A DNA stretch of 59,372 bases, filler included, from Sphacelaria rigidula (Eukaryota), in the NCBI GenBank assembly GCA_964200075.2. It is 5 parts of 5 records of this genome, joined end to end, with 100 filler letters (N's around TTAATTAATTAA, not from the genome) between each part and the next. Parts side by side here need not be neighbours in the genome. Positions count along the whole stretch, not along the records: positions 35,686 to 47,479 come from CAXNAA020004488.1; positions 47,580 to 59,372 come from CAXNAA020004489.1; 3 more parts are not named here. The stretch is one strand, 5' to 3'. The translations under genes were made by a program, and so were the position numbers. The notes below the pieces were generated by a model that saw nothing but the letters and a program-made list of their open reading frames with translations, did no database searches and had not been told where the DNA came from. Positions 36,460-48,228 of this stretch are shown piece by piece. Numbering within the stretch: the first letter of the stretch is position 1; the number at the start of each line of letters is the position of its first letter.

Positions 36460-38530
36460 GGCGGGGGGGATAGTAATTTGTTACTTAGCTTGGTTATTTG
36501 ACCATTGATCACGCATCCCTTTCGAGACGGAGCACGGTTCGTGATCATAGGACACCTCCAACATTCGGGCGTTCATTACTTTTCTCTCATATTTTACAAA
36601 AAGCCTTCCACACATCTTCTGACCCTCGTGTCTCGCCGTCTGTGGTCACCATGTTTCTCCTAGCATAGCGATCGTTTTCTCACTTCTTTCTAACGCAATA
36701 GACGTGACATGTCAGATTCGTTCATTGATCTCATATCATCTCACACGTCCTGTTCCTCCTCGTATAGTTCACATTTTCCGACTACACCAGCTTTACTCTC
36801 TGATGCTTCGCCACAAGTGCAAATTCAGCTCAACTTGCGCTCCCCCACCCGACTACTGGTATCCTTCTTCATATCTGGTAGGTCCAGGTCCCACACCGGA
36901 AATCGCAGTTTTTCGGAATTTTCGTGTTGTCCTTTGGGCGCTGCAAATATGCCGCCACCTCCATCTCCCTTGAGCCGTTGGTATGTCCTCAGTGGTTTCC
37001 CTCTGACTTCTCGTCTTGGCGCTAGTTTCCCCGTTATATATGTACTTTCTTTTTAGGAATGTCGTGTAATCGCCACACCTACCTATGGACATTACGTCTC
37101 CTTGGGTTTATTCTGTATCCTTCCATACTTTCTCGACAACGCAATCCTACGTTGTTCCAGCCTAGCCTTTCGTTACTTTTCTTCCATACAGTCTTGTCAA
37201 CTATCGCTGGTAATCTTTTCTGGCACGTTGCTTACGTTATATTGCCATTTCTATGTTGCCATATCTCTCTTTGTTTCAAGTGGGTACACACTCCCAACTC
37301 TGCTCTCGATGCTCTATTCCTCGTCGACTTTGAGCGCCTCAAGTGTTTCCTATCTTTCTGTCATCTGTACCGTTTCCAACTTATTCACAAACTTTGCGTT
37401 CCCTTTCCATACTTTCTTGCATGTTCTCGCTTTGATTCAATTACATTCATCAGAATATATCTCTTGATTCTAGTATTGAGGTGCGCGTCTTTTAGGATCA
37501 CGTCTATCTTGCCTAGGTGTGCCTCACCTTTTCCTATCACTCTATCGATATGCGTATCCCATGCACAGCTTTTTGAGATATATACGCTAAGGTATGCACA
37601 CTGGTCAACGGTTGGTACTACATCTCTCCCCCGCTTCTATTTGAATTTTTCAGGGTTTTCCTTTTCTCCATTACATATAGCTAGCGCGCATTTATTTACG
37701 TTCGCTGTTCCTCTCCATTCCCTTCTGCATTGTCGTGTCTTCCCCATTTGTTTCTGAAGTACTCCTGATGCTTCGGATATATCCCCATGGAATCATCCGC
37801 GAAAATTAAGACCGACACCGTATCTTCATCCACCGTATCTTTATCCACCTGGACTTCTTGCATTTCCACTGCTACTATAATGTCATGAATAAATACCTTG
37901 AAGGGTGTACTCATGATCATGCATGCCATAGTCAAAAGACCATTGACCTCGCATCCCAACAAAGCTCTTGAAGGGGGTGAGTAATATCGTACACCCTTGT
38001 GAAACTCCTTGGAAAACGTTGATACATTTTTAATTGCCCCATCTAGCACCATAACACTTTTCGGACATTTGTTCATCTTTTTCACCATCGTCCACATCTA
38101 TCCTCTGCTCCCAGTTTCCCACATCTCTTCTCACAGCCCATTTTCTCAATACTGTATCATAGGCCTTCTGTACGTCTAGAAAGAAAGAATACGTTGACAA
38201 CACCGCGTCTTTCCTACATTGAAGGAATCTTGCCCGACGTGCACACATGGTGTTTGCAGCTACAATGTGGTTCAAATGCTGCTTGCCCTTCGTTGATGTC
38301 TTCCCCACTATTTAGCATTGTTACCCTTCTATCGTTCAAACTCTTACAGGATATTTGAATTGCGGTGCTTAGTAGCGTTATCCCCGTGCGGTATAGTCCC
38401 CTGGGTCAGCTTTGTCTCCTTGCTTTGTCAGGCTTACTGCTACCCCTTCTCTCCACCTTGTGGGTGTGTATTCAATCTCCCCGATCCAGCTATAAACTAT
38501 AAGGATCATGGTAATCAAAGCCTCTCCCCG
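36460..38530 (-). mobile_element. Degenerate LINE family A, RT region to 3' end
   Basis: FFLDVQKAYDTV, SP..FKVFIHD and LIFADD RT motifs; 3' end GGGATGCGTGATCAATGGTCAAAT followed by a C-run; homologous to 24236-25722. Confidence 0.9.
37906..37966 (-). mobile_element. 61-bp family B 3' end nested in LINE RT with 9-bp TSD
   Basis: CTTGAAGGG at 37897-37905 and 37967-37975. Confidence 0.8.
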
Positions 38531-38604
38531 TAGACCGCGAACTCATTTTCTATTTCGTCTGTGCCTGTTGCCTTTCTTTTCATGAGTATAGCAACACACA
38601 CAGT

Positions 38605-38658
38605 AGGCGGGCGGGGGGGGTAGACATTTGTTGCTTGCCTTAGTCGTTTTACCATTGG
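38605..38658 (-). mobile_element. Very short LINE family A 3' end with C-run
   Basis: GGGGGGGGTAGACATTTGTTGCTTGCCTTAGTCGTTTTACCATTG matches 35783-35826. Confidence 0.7.
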
Positions 38659-39858
38659 ATGGGGGGTATCAGTGTAGTTGATCGTTACGAGGCGGAGGGC
38701 GAGGTGTTATGTGACGAATATAACCGGCACCCCATTATACAAGCGGCGAAGTTCTTGGACACAGCTTGAGCCCCTCAAGTCAACATAGTGTATCTCACCA
38801 TTCAGTGGCGAGTTCCACGAGAAGAGCTGACGATCAACGAGCGGACTATGTTTCCTCTGTTAAGCGTTGATATACGATCAAAGATATTCAAGGGGTGTAT
38901 TGGCTATACTGCGAACATGCGAGAGCAGGCGTCGATATATGTTCGAAAAGGTAGATTCTGGATTCGGACTGTAAGAGACTGAGCATTTCGTAGAGCTCTC
39001 ATTACCCCCAAAGTCTCATGACGTCTAGCCGGACCACTATCTTTCGTTGTTTCACTCTGTCGAATGTAACTTCTGGCTTCTTCTTGTCACTATCAAGAAT
39101 CGCGTGAATACTTGTATCCTTGTTTCAACCGATCCTCCGGGAGAAACATACCTACACGCGGGCAAATACTCAACACAAGGCCTTTCAAACCGGACAGACG
39201 TTCGACAAATGTGGGTTAGCTAAGACTTCTGAATGTACCACATAGTGCTAGACGTTGATCGGTCGGTGCTGCTGATCGAGTCGACCATACCTTAGTTGCA
39301 CGCTACCTGCAGTGGGTATTGGTAACCATCGTAAAATATCGCCACACAGGCGAGGTATACCGCATTTTGCGACGGTTTGCGTCATGTTTCACGATGAGAA
39401 CGTCGTATTACTTGAGAATAGTAAAGCCAGCGCGCCTCGTCATATCGTGTTCCGCTGGGTATGTCGCTTTTACGTTGCCTGTGCCGGAGTGATGTCAATA
39501 GAATGTATCAGGATTGGATTGCTCCATGTACTCGCACGAGGTAGGTAGTACAAACCGCGCGCATCATTTACCGACCTGCTGAGTAGGTTGGTTAAGAATG
39601 GGTCCGCATGGAAGCCGTCGGGAAATGTCAGCGGCTTCATCTTGATTGCCGCCATTAGCGTGCGATACCTGCGGCGTCAAAGTGTGCATGGCGAGGGTGC
39701 GGGAGGAGGGTGCAGTAGTGCTAAGATTGTGTGAGAACGGTCAACCCACATGAAGAGAGGCTACCAAACCTCTGGTTTTGCGGAAATGGTTGGACTTCGT
39801 CGCACCTGCCTGCAGACAGTATGAAACACATGCAGAATGCAAAACTAGTTTGACATGC

Positions 39859-40120
39859 GCCGCCGCGCCCCGGTGGTGTAATGGTCCGACTGTCGCCATT
39901 AGGGTGGAGAGAACGGGGGTTCGATACCNNNNNNNNNNAGTAAACAAAGTAGTCGACTGAGTTTGTGTAACGTGAGTTGACGCGGTGCGGAAGTGCTGAT
40001 CCAATCCGCGAGACCAAAATGAATGGCACGTACCGGGGGAGAGATGGGTTAGTCCCTTGAGACCACGGACTCATCCCGGGGAAGGGGAGAGGTTCAAATT
40101 GTGAGGAAAACAAAAAAAGT
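39859..40120 (+). mobile_element. tRNA-derived SINE
   Basis: A box TGGTGTAATGG and B box GGTTCGATACC; body shared with 20330-20660. Confidence 0.82.
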
Positions 40121-43100
40121 GCGCAATGGCCAACAGGGCGTCGTGCCCTCAACGTCGAAGGAGAGTACAAACGGCTTGCGCTAGATGACGGCTCAGCACC
40201 CACAGAGCTTGCTTCTGCGAAAAAAAATTGTGTCGAGTGGTGGTGTTCACCATCTGGGAAAGAAAAAAAAATGAAAACGGTTCGCACAGTACCTTTTCTG
40301 GCATCATGTGTACGTGTGTATCTTCCAATCCAGCACGAAGGATAGGCGGAAACATGGGGAAAGGTCAGAGGTTATGGGAAACGGGAGGGATCAGTTGGAT
40401 CAGGCATGGCCAGCGGCCAGCTAGAGTTTACCGGTCAACATGGAGTAATGTAACCTTCGATATGCATTTTGGAGGGAATATTCGTACCTTCAACCTCAGT
40501 TTTTCCAGAACTCACTTCGTTCATGTTTCCGCGTTGGATTTGCCGCGATAAGATTACGGTAATTAGCAAATGCAACCTTGCTATGATAAGTCGGAATTAC
40601 TATTCTCACCCACACCGTTGCCAAGCAAATGGCACTCTCCCGGTCTCTTCCAGATCGTTAAGGCGCAAATCATCTTCTCCCATTCCCGTCAGAACAACCG
40701 CAATTACTGATATTCCTGTGGTTTTTCATTTCTACCCAAAAAATTACCGCGCAAATAACTTCCTCCAAATTACTGCACAGCAAAGAAAAACAAATTGCCG
40801 AAGCCAGCCAACACCACGTTCACCCATTAGGACAGAAGTAAACGCGTTCAATCTCTGGTGAGTGAATAGACCAAGGATCCGATCCTGCCAGACCCCTTCT
40901 GAATTTTTCTTCCTTCTTTTTAGTTGTCTTACACATTTTTCTTTTCATTTTCTTGTATGACGTTTTTTTCCTATGCCTTTCAAGGATTGTTCAGTCGTTT
41001 CCTGTGAATACGTGCACGCTGAAGATTTTTGGGTTATTAGTCGCGAGATGTTTCTGGATGATCCGATGTGCTGTAAGCCTTGATGTTATACCTGCTTAGC
41101 TTTCAGTTTCTACTTCAATGTCATTTCTACCTTGAAGAGAATCGCGGTGTCTTTCCCGGTTTTCGGTCGCCGAACAAATGATTGATATTGCTCGGCGTAG
41201 CTCTGAATGTAGTCGATCGTCTTTCTTCTCTGAGCTGCGAGAGCCTACTTGCGTTCAGCATGCTACGCTTACATTTGAGTTTTGCAAACAACAGGTCTAC
41301 CTATGATTTTGTGTTGGTCGGATGTCTTGGCATAATTTATAGATAGCCGTGGGTTGCCACACGCTGAAAAAGTACAAACAAACAAACAAGAACAAAATAC
41401 CATACATTGCCGTGGTGGCTGAATCCCGTACCAACGATTACCAGTGTAGCCCGTTACCATCAAGAATGACCATCAAATAAGTAACAGGGTGGTCACTTAC
41501 AATCCAAAACTTACCGTGATTTACTATGGTGGCTGGTTCCTGTACTCATAATTACCAGGGTGATCAGGGACCATCCGAAAGTTACCGTGCACGATCATGG
41601 TGGCCGAATACCATTGTACAATGAGCAATACCAACGTCGAACAAGGCACACCGAGGTGAGCCTTGAAAATTTCCATCATGGCCGGTATGTCAGCGAAGCG
41701 CTTAGACGAGAGGTGGCGCAATTACGTACGGGATATGAACAGCACCGAACACGAGAGCCCCACCAAGAGTGGGGGTTCTGCAACGGTGTCGTTCTTCTTC
41801 ACAACGCATACGTTGAAGATTCGCTACACCAGTACTCGGTCATTTCGAAAAATACCGAAACTATATCGTGCACACACACGTCAGTACCCCAAAAGTACCC
41901 GCAATATGTTACGCTCGTGAGAAATAACGCCATCACGCGTATAAAATGCATCGATATTGGGAGCAGCGTTTTACGATAATATGTCCTGCAAACTGGACCA
42001 TTGTGTAGGACCTCTCCAGGTATCGATCCAAGCACATGTCTCTGAGAAGTCTGCAAGACGGTCACGCAGGCATCTTTTTTTGCCTCCGCACGGCATTTTC
42101 TATCGAAAGCCATGTTTAGTTAAAGTGTGACAATCAATCAATCATATTGCAGGGGCTGACCATTTTGTATGCCTTTTCTATTGTTTCCTTCCATTCTTTT
42201 TGTAGTTATGAGATTTAGCGTCTTCATCAGGACCAGATATTACAATAATAATTTACGTTCGTCTCACTTCCTTGCGCCCCCCTTCCTCTCTCCTCATTTG
42301 TTCATCGCTCTTATTCTTTTGCTTGGGTGACTCCATTTATTCCGCCCTCCTCTCTCTGCCTCTTTCTCCCTCTCTCGAGTCTCCAATAGCACATGTTTCA
42401 GTCTCGTTCACCTTAGGTACGCCATGACCATGGCTGAAAACCTCAGGGATCAGCTACTGCGTGAAAATAAATCAATCCGTCAATCAATCGATAGCACGGA
42501 AGCTGGTATGCCTCCGTCCTATCCAATCGGTTTTTACTTTCTTTCTTGACTTACTACCTCCGCGATGTTTCCTAGCCATGTTCCTGGACATTTGCATTCT
42601 GATTTGTCTTTGGCTCTAGATTCTTTCTCTTTGTTCGATTCTTAAACTTCTGCTCTTCATCTCCCTCTCCATGTCTATTCGTTCATTCCTCCCCGCTCGT
42701 CTTTGGTCCTTTCCTTCGCTTCTTCTTCCCTTGTCATGTTATCCCTGTACTCAAGGCGGGTTAGAGTTTTGTCCCGCCCCTGCAGATCGTGCGCGTGAGA
42801 GTGTCTGCCCACCGAAATGCTGTGGTGCTCCGATGTCTGACTCGTATCTTCCTCGGATATCCAAGTCGAAGTTTACTTCCATGACCCTGTTTTGTTTTGT
42901 ATAGTTATCTAGTATTGGACGACCTTTCACCTGAAGTCACGTCATAGAGGCGTGCGGATTCTTCCTTTTTCGGGACCAGTACTAGATATAAATTCTCGTG
43001 TGCGTATGTGCGTGTGGTTTTCCGTTTGGTAGTTTCCAGTCTTTCCTCTCGTTCTTGTTTACCTTTACCCCCCATTCGAGTCAACTCCGGTGAATTATGT

Positions 43101-43243
43101 TTCCGAATATTCACCTTAAGTGTTGTGTTGTGACGACATCTGGGTTTTCCAGCGAATGAGTCAATCAATGCGTGGGAATCACTCAATCAAATCAATAGGC
43201 CAATGGAATGTATCGAACAAATCAATCAATTCAAAGAGCTCAC

Positions 43244-43889
43244 GATTGTCCGTAAAACGGCATCCGGCCCACCACCATCTGGTACAGCGTCACGCCAAGG
43301 GACCACACGTCACTGGCAAAGGACACTCGAGACGCCGAATCGTCGCCAAACAGCTCGGGAGCTTGAAAACCCGGCGTTCCCGCCAGTTTTTGTTCCGAAT
43401 TTCGTCGCCCCTGTTTCATACGAAGCAACGGAGAATGGTGTGGCGCGGGAAGGGTGCGAGAGGGTAGCAAGGGAATGAATGAGGAAACGGGTATGGGCGG
43501 GAGGCGATTACAGGTAGTCTTCCTTGAAGTTGATACGTACACTAGGTGTGAGCTGATGCCACAGTACTTCGCAACTGCACACCGACGTGTCGAAAAGAGT
43601 GTCTAAGCAAACGTTTTACCATTACATCGTACTTTGCTGCTCGAAGTGTTCCCGGTCGAATCCTTTTCGATGAAGCAACTTGTCAAGCAGCATGGTCTAT
43701 GTGTGAGCGTGTGTCTTACCTCGGCACTCTCATCTCCATCATTTTCCACTCCCATTTGTTGTGAAGCGCTCGTGGAGGGCATCTCGTTGGGATGGTGACG
43801 CTGGTCTTCCGACCCGCCCTCCACGCTGTTGAGTAGCACACACGATCCAAAATCTGCTATTTTCACCTGTGCGTGTGCGCGTGCGTGCG

Positions 43890-43930
<41 letters not shown>

Positions 43931-45197
43931 TGGTGTGTGCAGTGATGGTTCAACCTGCAGCACCGTGCGTAAGGGAAAATATAATGTCGCCGGACTACAC
44001 CGAAATTGCCAGCTGATCTCTTGCCTGTGCTGTCTGGCCAGGCATTAAGGTGTTCAAGTCGTCTTCAGTGTGAGTCACCACGTTGTATGTTCTCTGAAGA
44101 TGACGTGCCAGATTCTGGCTAAATGCTGACCACACTATGTGAGATGTGTAGAGCTGACAGAGCATTCTTGTGGTATCTTCGGAGCCGAGGTAACCAACGC
44201 GTTTGAAATTGAAAGCATAAGCCCGAAAAATGTCGGCAAAGCTTGATGCAAAACATAACCTAGACGATGAAGTCATGCCACGGGAGGGTGGTACGTTTGG
44301 GACCAGATATTTCGCGAAGAATATGGATCGGGACTATGTGTTTCTGATACCCATTCAAAACATCCCCAGCCCATTGGAATGATAATTGCGGCTCTCACAT
44401 ATACCATGACTGCTTCTTGGGATGAGATAAAAGGCTCCCAACAATTCAAGCCTGATAAGTATTTTGTGCACCCCTATCCTGGCACCAGTAGTCGGAAACA
44501 TGACCTAAAGGTGGCAGCGCGTAGGACTCAACGCTCAAACAAGTGGCGAGCAGGGTACCGAGAACTTCGTTGCAAGAGCACAATTGGGAAAGCAAACGAA
44601 TGCCCTCGCTTTGACGTATGTGAGAGAGTTATGTTGGAAGAGACGTTGAGGCGGAGATTACCCCCCTTGTGGACACATGCGGGGGCGACGCCTCGTATAC
44701 TTGAAACAACACGTTCGCCATGAAATAAATGCGTACCGTGGTATGTTCTGCCAAACTATTGACGGTATGGGCTTCGAATGTGTGCAATGCTCACCCAGCT
44801 ACGCTGCTACCATTCAAGATTAACACGTCCTACGTGAAATGTTCGCATATTTACCTACTTGCGCCAATCGTTATCTCGCGTCGAGGACGTTTCACAATAT
44901 TTCGGGGACTCCTAGGGCTCCAAGTCTCAGTAGGTCGATATTTATCTCTTCTTCTTATTAATAGCCTCAGTAGATCGACCAGCGCCATCTTTGTAGGCGG
45001 CAACAAGCAGAGGGACTAGTTTTATGCAACGCTCAAGGTTGCGCATGCGCGGGTTCACGCTCGGCTGTGCGCGGTGTTCAAGCACTTGTCTGTTGCTAGA
45101 AACTTGCCTGTCCGGCGGCGTTCTCGAGGATGTTCGACGGCTTGATATCTCCGTGGCACACGTTCAGGCTGTGAACGTAGTGGAGGCCCCGAGCAGC
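43244..45197 (-). CDS. Ser/Thr protein kinase, CaMKK/GRIK-like, internal exons (partial)
   Basis: Exons 45108-45197 ([21 protein letters not shown]), 43720-43866 (VKIADFGS plus insert) and 43244-43410 ([30 protein letters not shown]). Confidence 0.85.
43869..43929. repeat. (GT/GC)n microsatellite abutting a splice acceptor
   Basis: Direct read. Confidence 0.9.
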
Positions 45198-47479
45198 CTG
45201 CGAGTTCGTGCACCGAGCCAAGAAATGCTCATCGCGCACGAAGGTTGGATTAGTATGCTTTTCAAAATGATGATATATCTTTATATCAACCAATGTACCG
45301 ATAGCATCGAGAGCAAACTCTACGCTAGAGGTATCACGATTAATTTCCTGTTGTGACTGCTGATACGCCCCGTGGTGGCCCCTGATAATCATGCCTAGTA
45401 GGTCTTCAACATGCGGAGAACGAACAACAGGTAGAGAAGAGGAGGACTGGAGTTCGATGCAGGTGAACTCCAGGGGCCTCTTATCTGTTTCCTCCTGCCG
45501 ATACAAGAGCACTACAAGGTGGAGCGTTCGTTGGTGTGTCTATATACACCACTTTACTGGTCAAGATCTGACCGACTGAATTTTGTCAGGCTGCAGACGA
45601 TTCCTTTGTGATCTATGGGTCTGGTATGATAAACGGACTGTTCGATGAAATCCTTCCCAAACACAAATTGAACCCTCCTCGTGGAAACAATGTGCCGTAA
45701 CGGAAATTCAATCCTACACCCCGCAAAGTTACAAGAATTGGTATTTGAAAAAAGAGATTCCGGTATTCCAGTTGCCTGAATCGGCGTCTTTATATAAACT
45801 CGCCGCATGCTATCCAATAAAAAAAACGTTGAGTTTATCTGGAATATTTATCAGGAGTATTCGTAGGACATCCCTGTGAGACCTTACACTCAACTGACAC
45901 GTCCATCTCGGGCGCTCATCCCTGCGTATAGAGCACGGGTTTGTATCACCTCAAGCAAACGTGCCCATACACTCTACCAGTAGAATGAGTGACTTGATCA
46001 ATTGTGAAGGAAAATCTGATCACCAAGGGATTCCGCCGTGGTAGTGTACCCTACAATGTGCTCCACCAGCGTGGGTCCGCCCAGATGTTTGGTCAGTACG
46101 CTCGGCACGCTGCAAGGCGCTCTGCCGGCGGACGCTAACCCACATGCATGGTCACTAGCCCACGAGCTGTCAAGGGGTTGCGGTTAGAGTTACGGTCCAA
46201 GTTTCGGCCTGGGTATAGCTATGACGTGAACCTGCGGACAACAGGAATCGCCGATGCGACAGACTATTGTCAGCAGGTGAGATGTTCAAGGCGGACATCC
46301 ACGTCCGAGTGGATGCCCATCTGGAATATGACATTATTAGATGACCGTGCCATGGGTGTACGAACGTGATGGGATTCTCAGATGAAGGTTTCTAGGGAAG
46401 GAATCGTTGTCCCAGATGGATGTTCACACCCCATATGAATATCCTAGGTGGTTATCGACATCCCAGATAAACGTCCCCGGCAGAGGTCTCAGATGGATAT
46501 CCCAGGCGAAGTTCAAACTCCAGGTCGATATCCATACATTAAACGGAGTTCGCACGACAATGCTGGGTTCCCTGTCCGGAATCTACTCACTCTGTTGTTC
46601 TTCTTTTAGGTCAACACTATATAAATCTAGAAAATGATCCCCATTGTGGAAAGCTTCTACCGTCCTGACCTTGACCAAAGTTATTTTATGTATGACATCA
46701 AACGAATGTTCGTATGTAGGCAAATCATCCACAACATGAAGTAAACCAGAAACATATCGTAAGACCGGAGAGAAGGTACTAACTATACTTGCAGATGTAG
46801 TTAATAGTTCAGCTTCAAGATGTTTGTTTCCTGAACGGTTTCGTCTGATCGTCGTTCACATGTGTGAGGCAGCGTGCTTAGCGCTGGCAAGTACTAGTAG
46901 TGTGTTCGTTCACAGCATGTTTCTCCTTTGACGATGGATTGATTATCTCACCTCACGCGCACGTGACCTTCAAGTGCTGAAATGCGGTCACTCACCTACT
47001 TTTTCAACCATGTCGCAAATAGCAACACGCACGGGTCTTGTACGTTCTGTTCACTTTTTGACACCTAATTTGTTAGCTTTCGAAACCCAGCCACCCATCC
47101 CGCGCCACCACGTTTTCTCGAGGGAGCGCGGGCAATCATCTCACAGCCCAGGCTGGACCGCCGAAGATTCGAACAGGAATGTTGGCACGCGAGTCTTGAG
47201 CTCAATTTTGGATTGTTTTCGATAAACTTTTGACACGATGCACAGGACGTGCGTGCAAATACCCCGAGATTACCCCCCACCGTGTTTTTGTTTCGTCTTC
47301 GTGAGTTATTGGCGATTTTGTTCCGAAAAGGTGTTCTGAAATGTTCCGTCGCCGATAACTCACGAAGAAAAAACCACATCGCGCGGGGGGGGGGGGGGGG
47401 GGGTAATCCGATTGTGATTGTCCTCATTTATTGTGGAAGTGACCAGCAACCCCATGCGAACATGCGCAAAAAAAAAAGG

Positions 47480-47579
47480 NNNNNNNNNNNNNNNNNNNNN
47501 NNNNNNNNNNNNNNNNNNNNNNNTTAATTAATTAANNNNNNNNNNNNNNNNNNNNNNNNNNNNNNNNNNNNNNNNNNNN
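47480..47579. other. Artificial contig linker
   Basis: N44-TTAATTAATTAA-N44. Confidence 0.98.
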
Positions 47580-48228
47580 CCCCCCTCCCCACCCCACTCC
47601 GCCCCACGCACGTTCCCCTGATACCCACTCCCGCGGTTACCCTGCTGCCCCCCATATTTTGCGCTTTTGGTTATGGTCAATGTTAACTTCGACTCATGTG
47701 AGCTTTTACCGTAGGGATTCCCGGTATCACCCTGCAGAGGTTAGGGTACCATTCTCGTGTCAATCAGTCTCTTTCGCTGCAACATGCGCACACCCTTCCA
47801 CAAACTGTTCAGGGTGTGGCGACCGCAACTTGATCATGCGTGAGGTTCCCTCTCGCTAGTAGCTTGTTTCTGTTATGCCGTACAGAGGTCAGCTCAGTAC
47901 TTGAACCAACCTGGTGCCATGTGTCCGTTCCTTCAGTACACACTCAGTTCAGCCGGGTTGTCGGCAGTGCTCGAAGTCTCCCTCGATGTGTCCGCTATCC
48001 TTCGTTTCGACTACATGGACTGCACACATGAGAAGACCCTCAGCACCGTGCACCATTATCGAGCACCCCCTCGTCTTTTATTGCAGGCTATACATCTTCA
48101 TTTCTTGTCTCGTGGTGTCACTGGACTGACTGAGGACACGTGTATACCTCACCCACCATCGTACCGAGTCCAACCCGTCCCGACCCATGTCCTGGCACCT
48201 GTTCCTACTCTGCACCACAACACGACAG

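Noticed and set aside
39859-39930. tRNA gene
   Set aside because: A/B boxes are present but there is no complete cloverleaf; it continues into a repeated SINE body.
41525-41920. GIY-YIG nuclease remnant (AGMSAKRLDERW)
   Set aside because: Only a short resemblance across broken frames; it would need an HMM hit.
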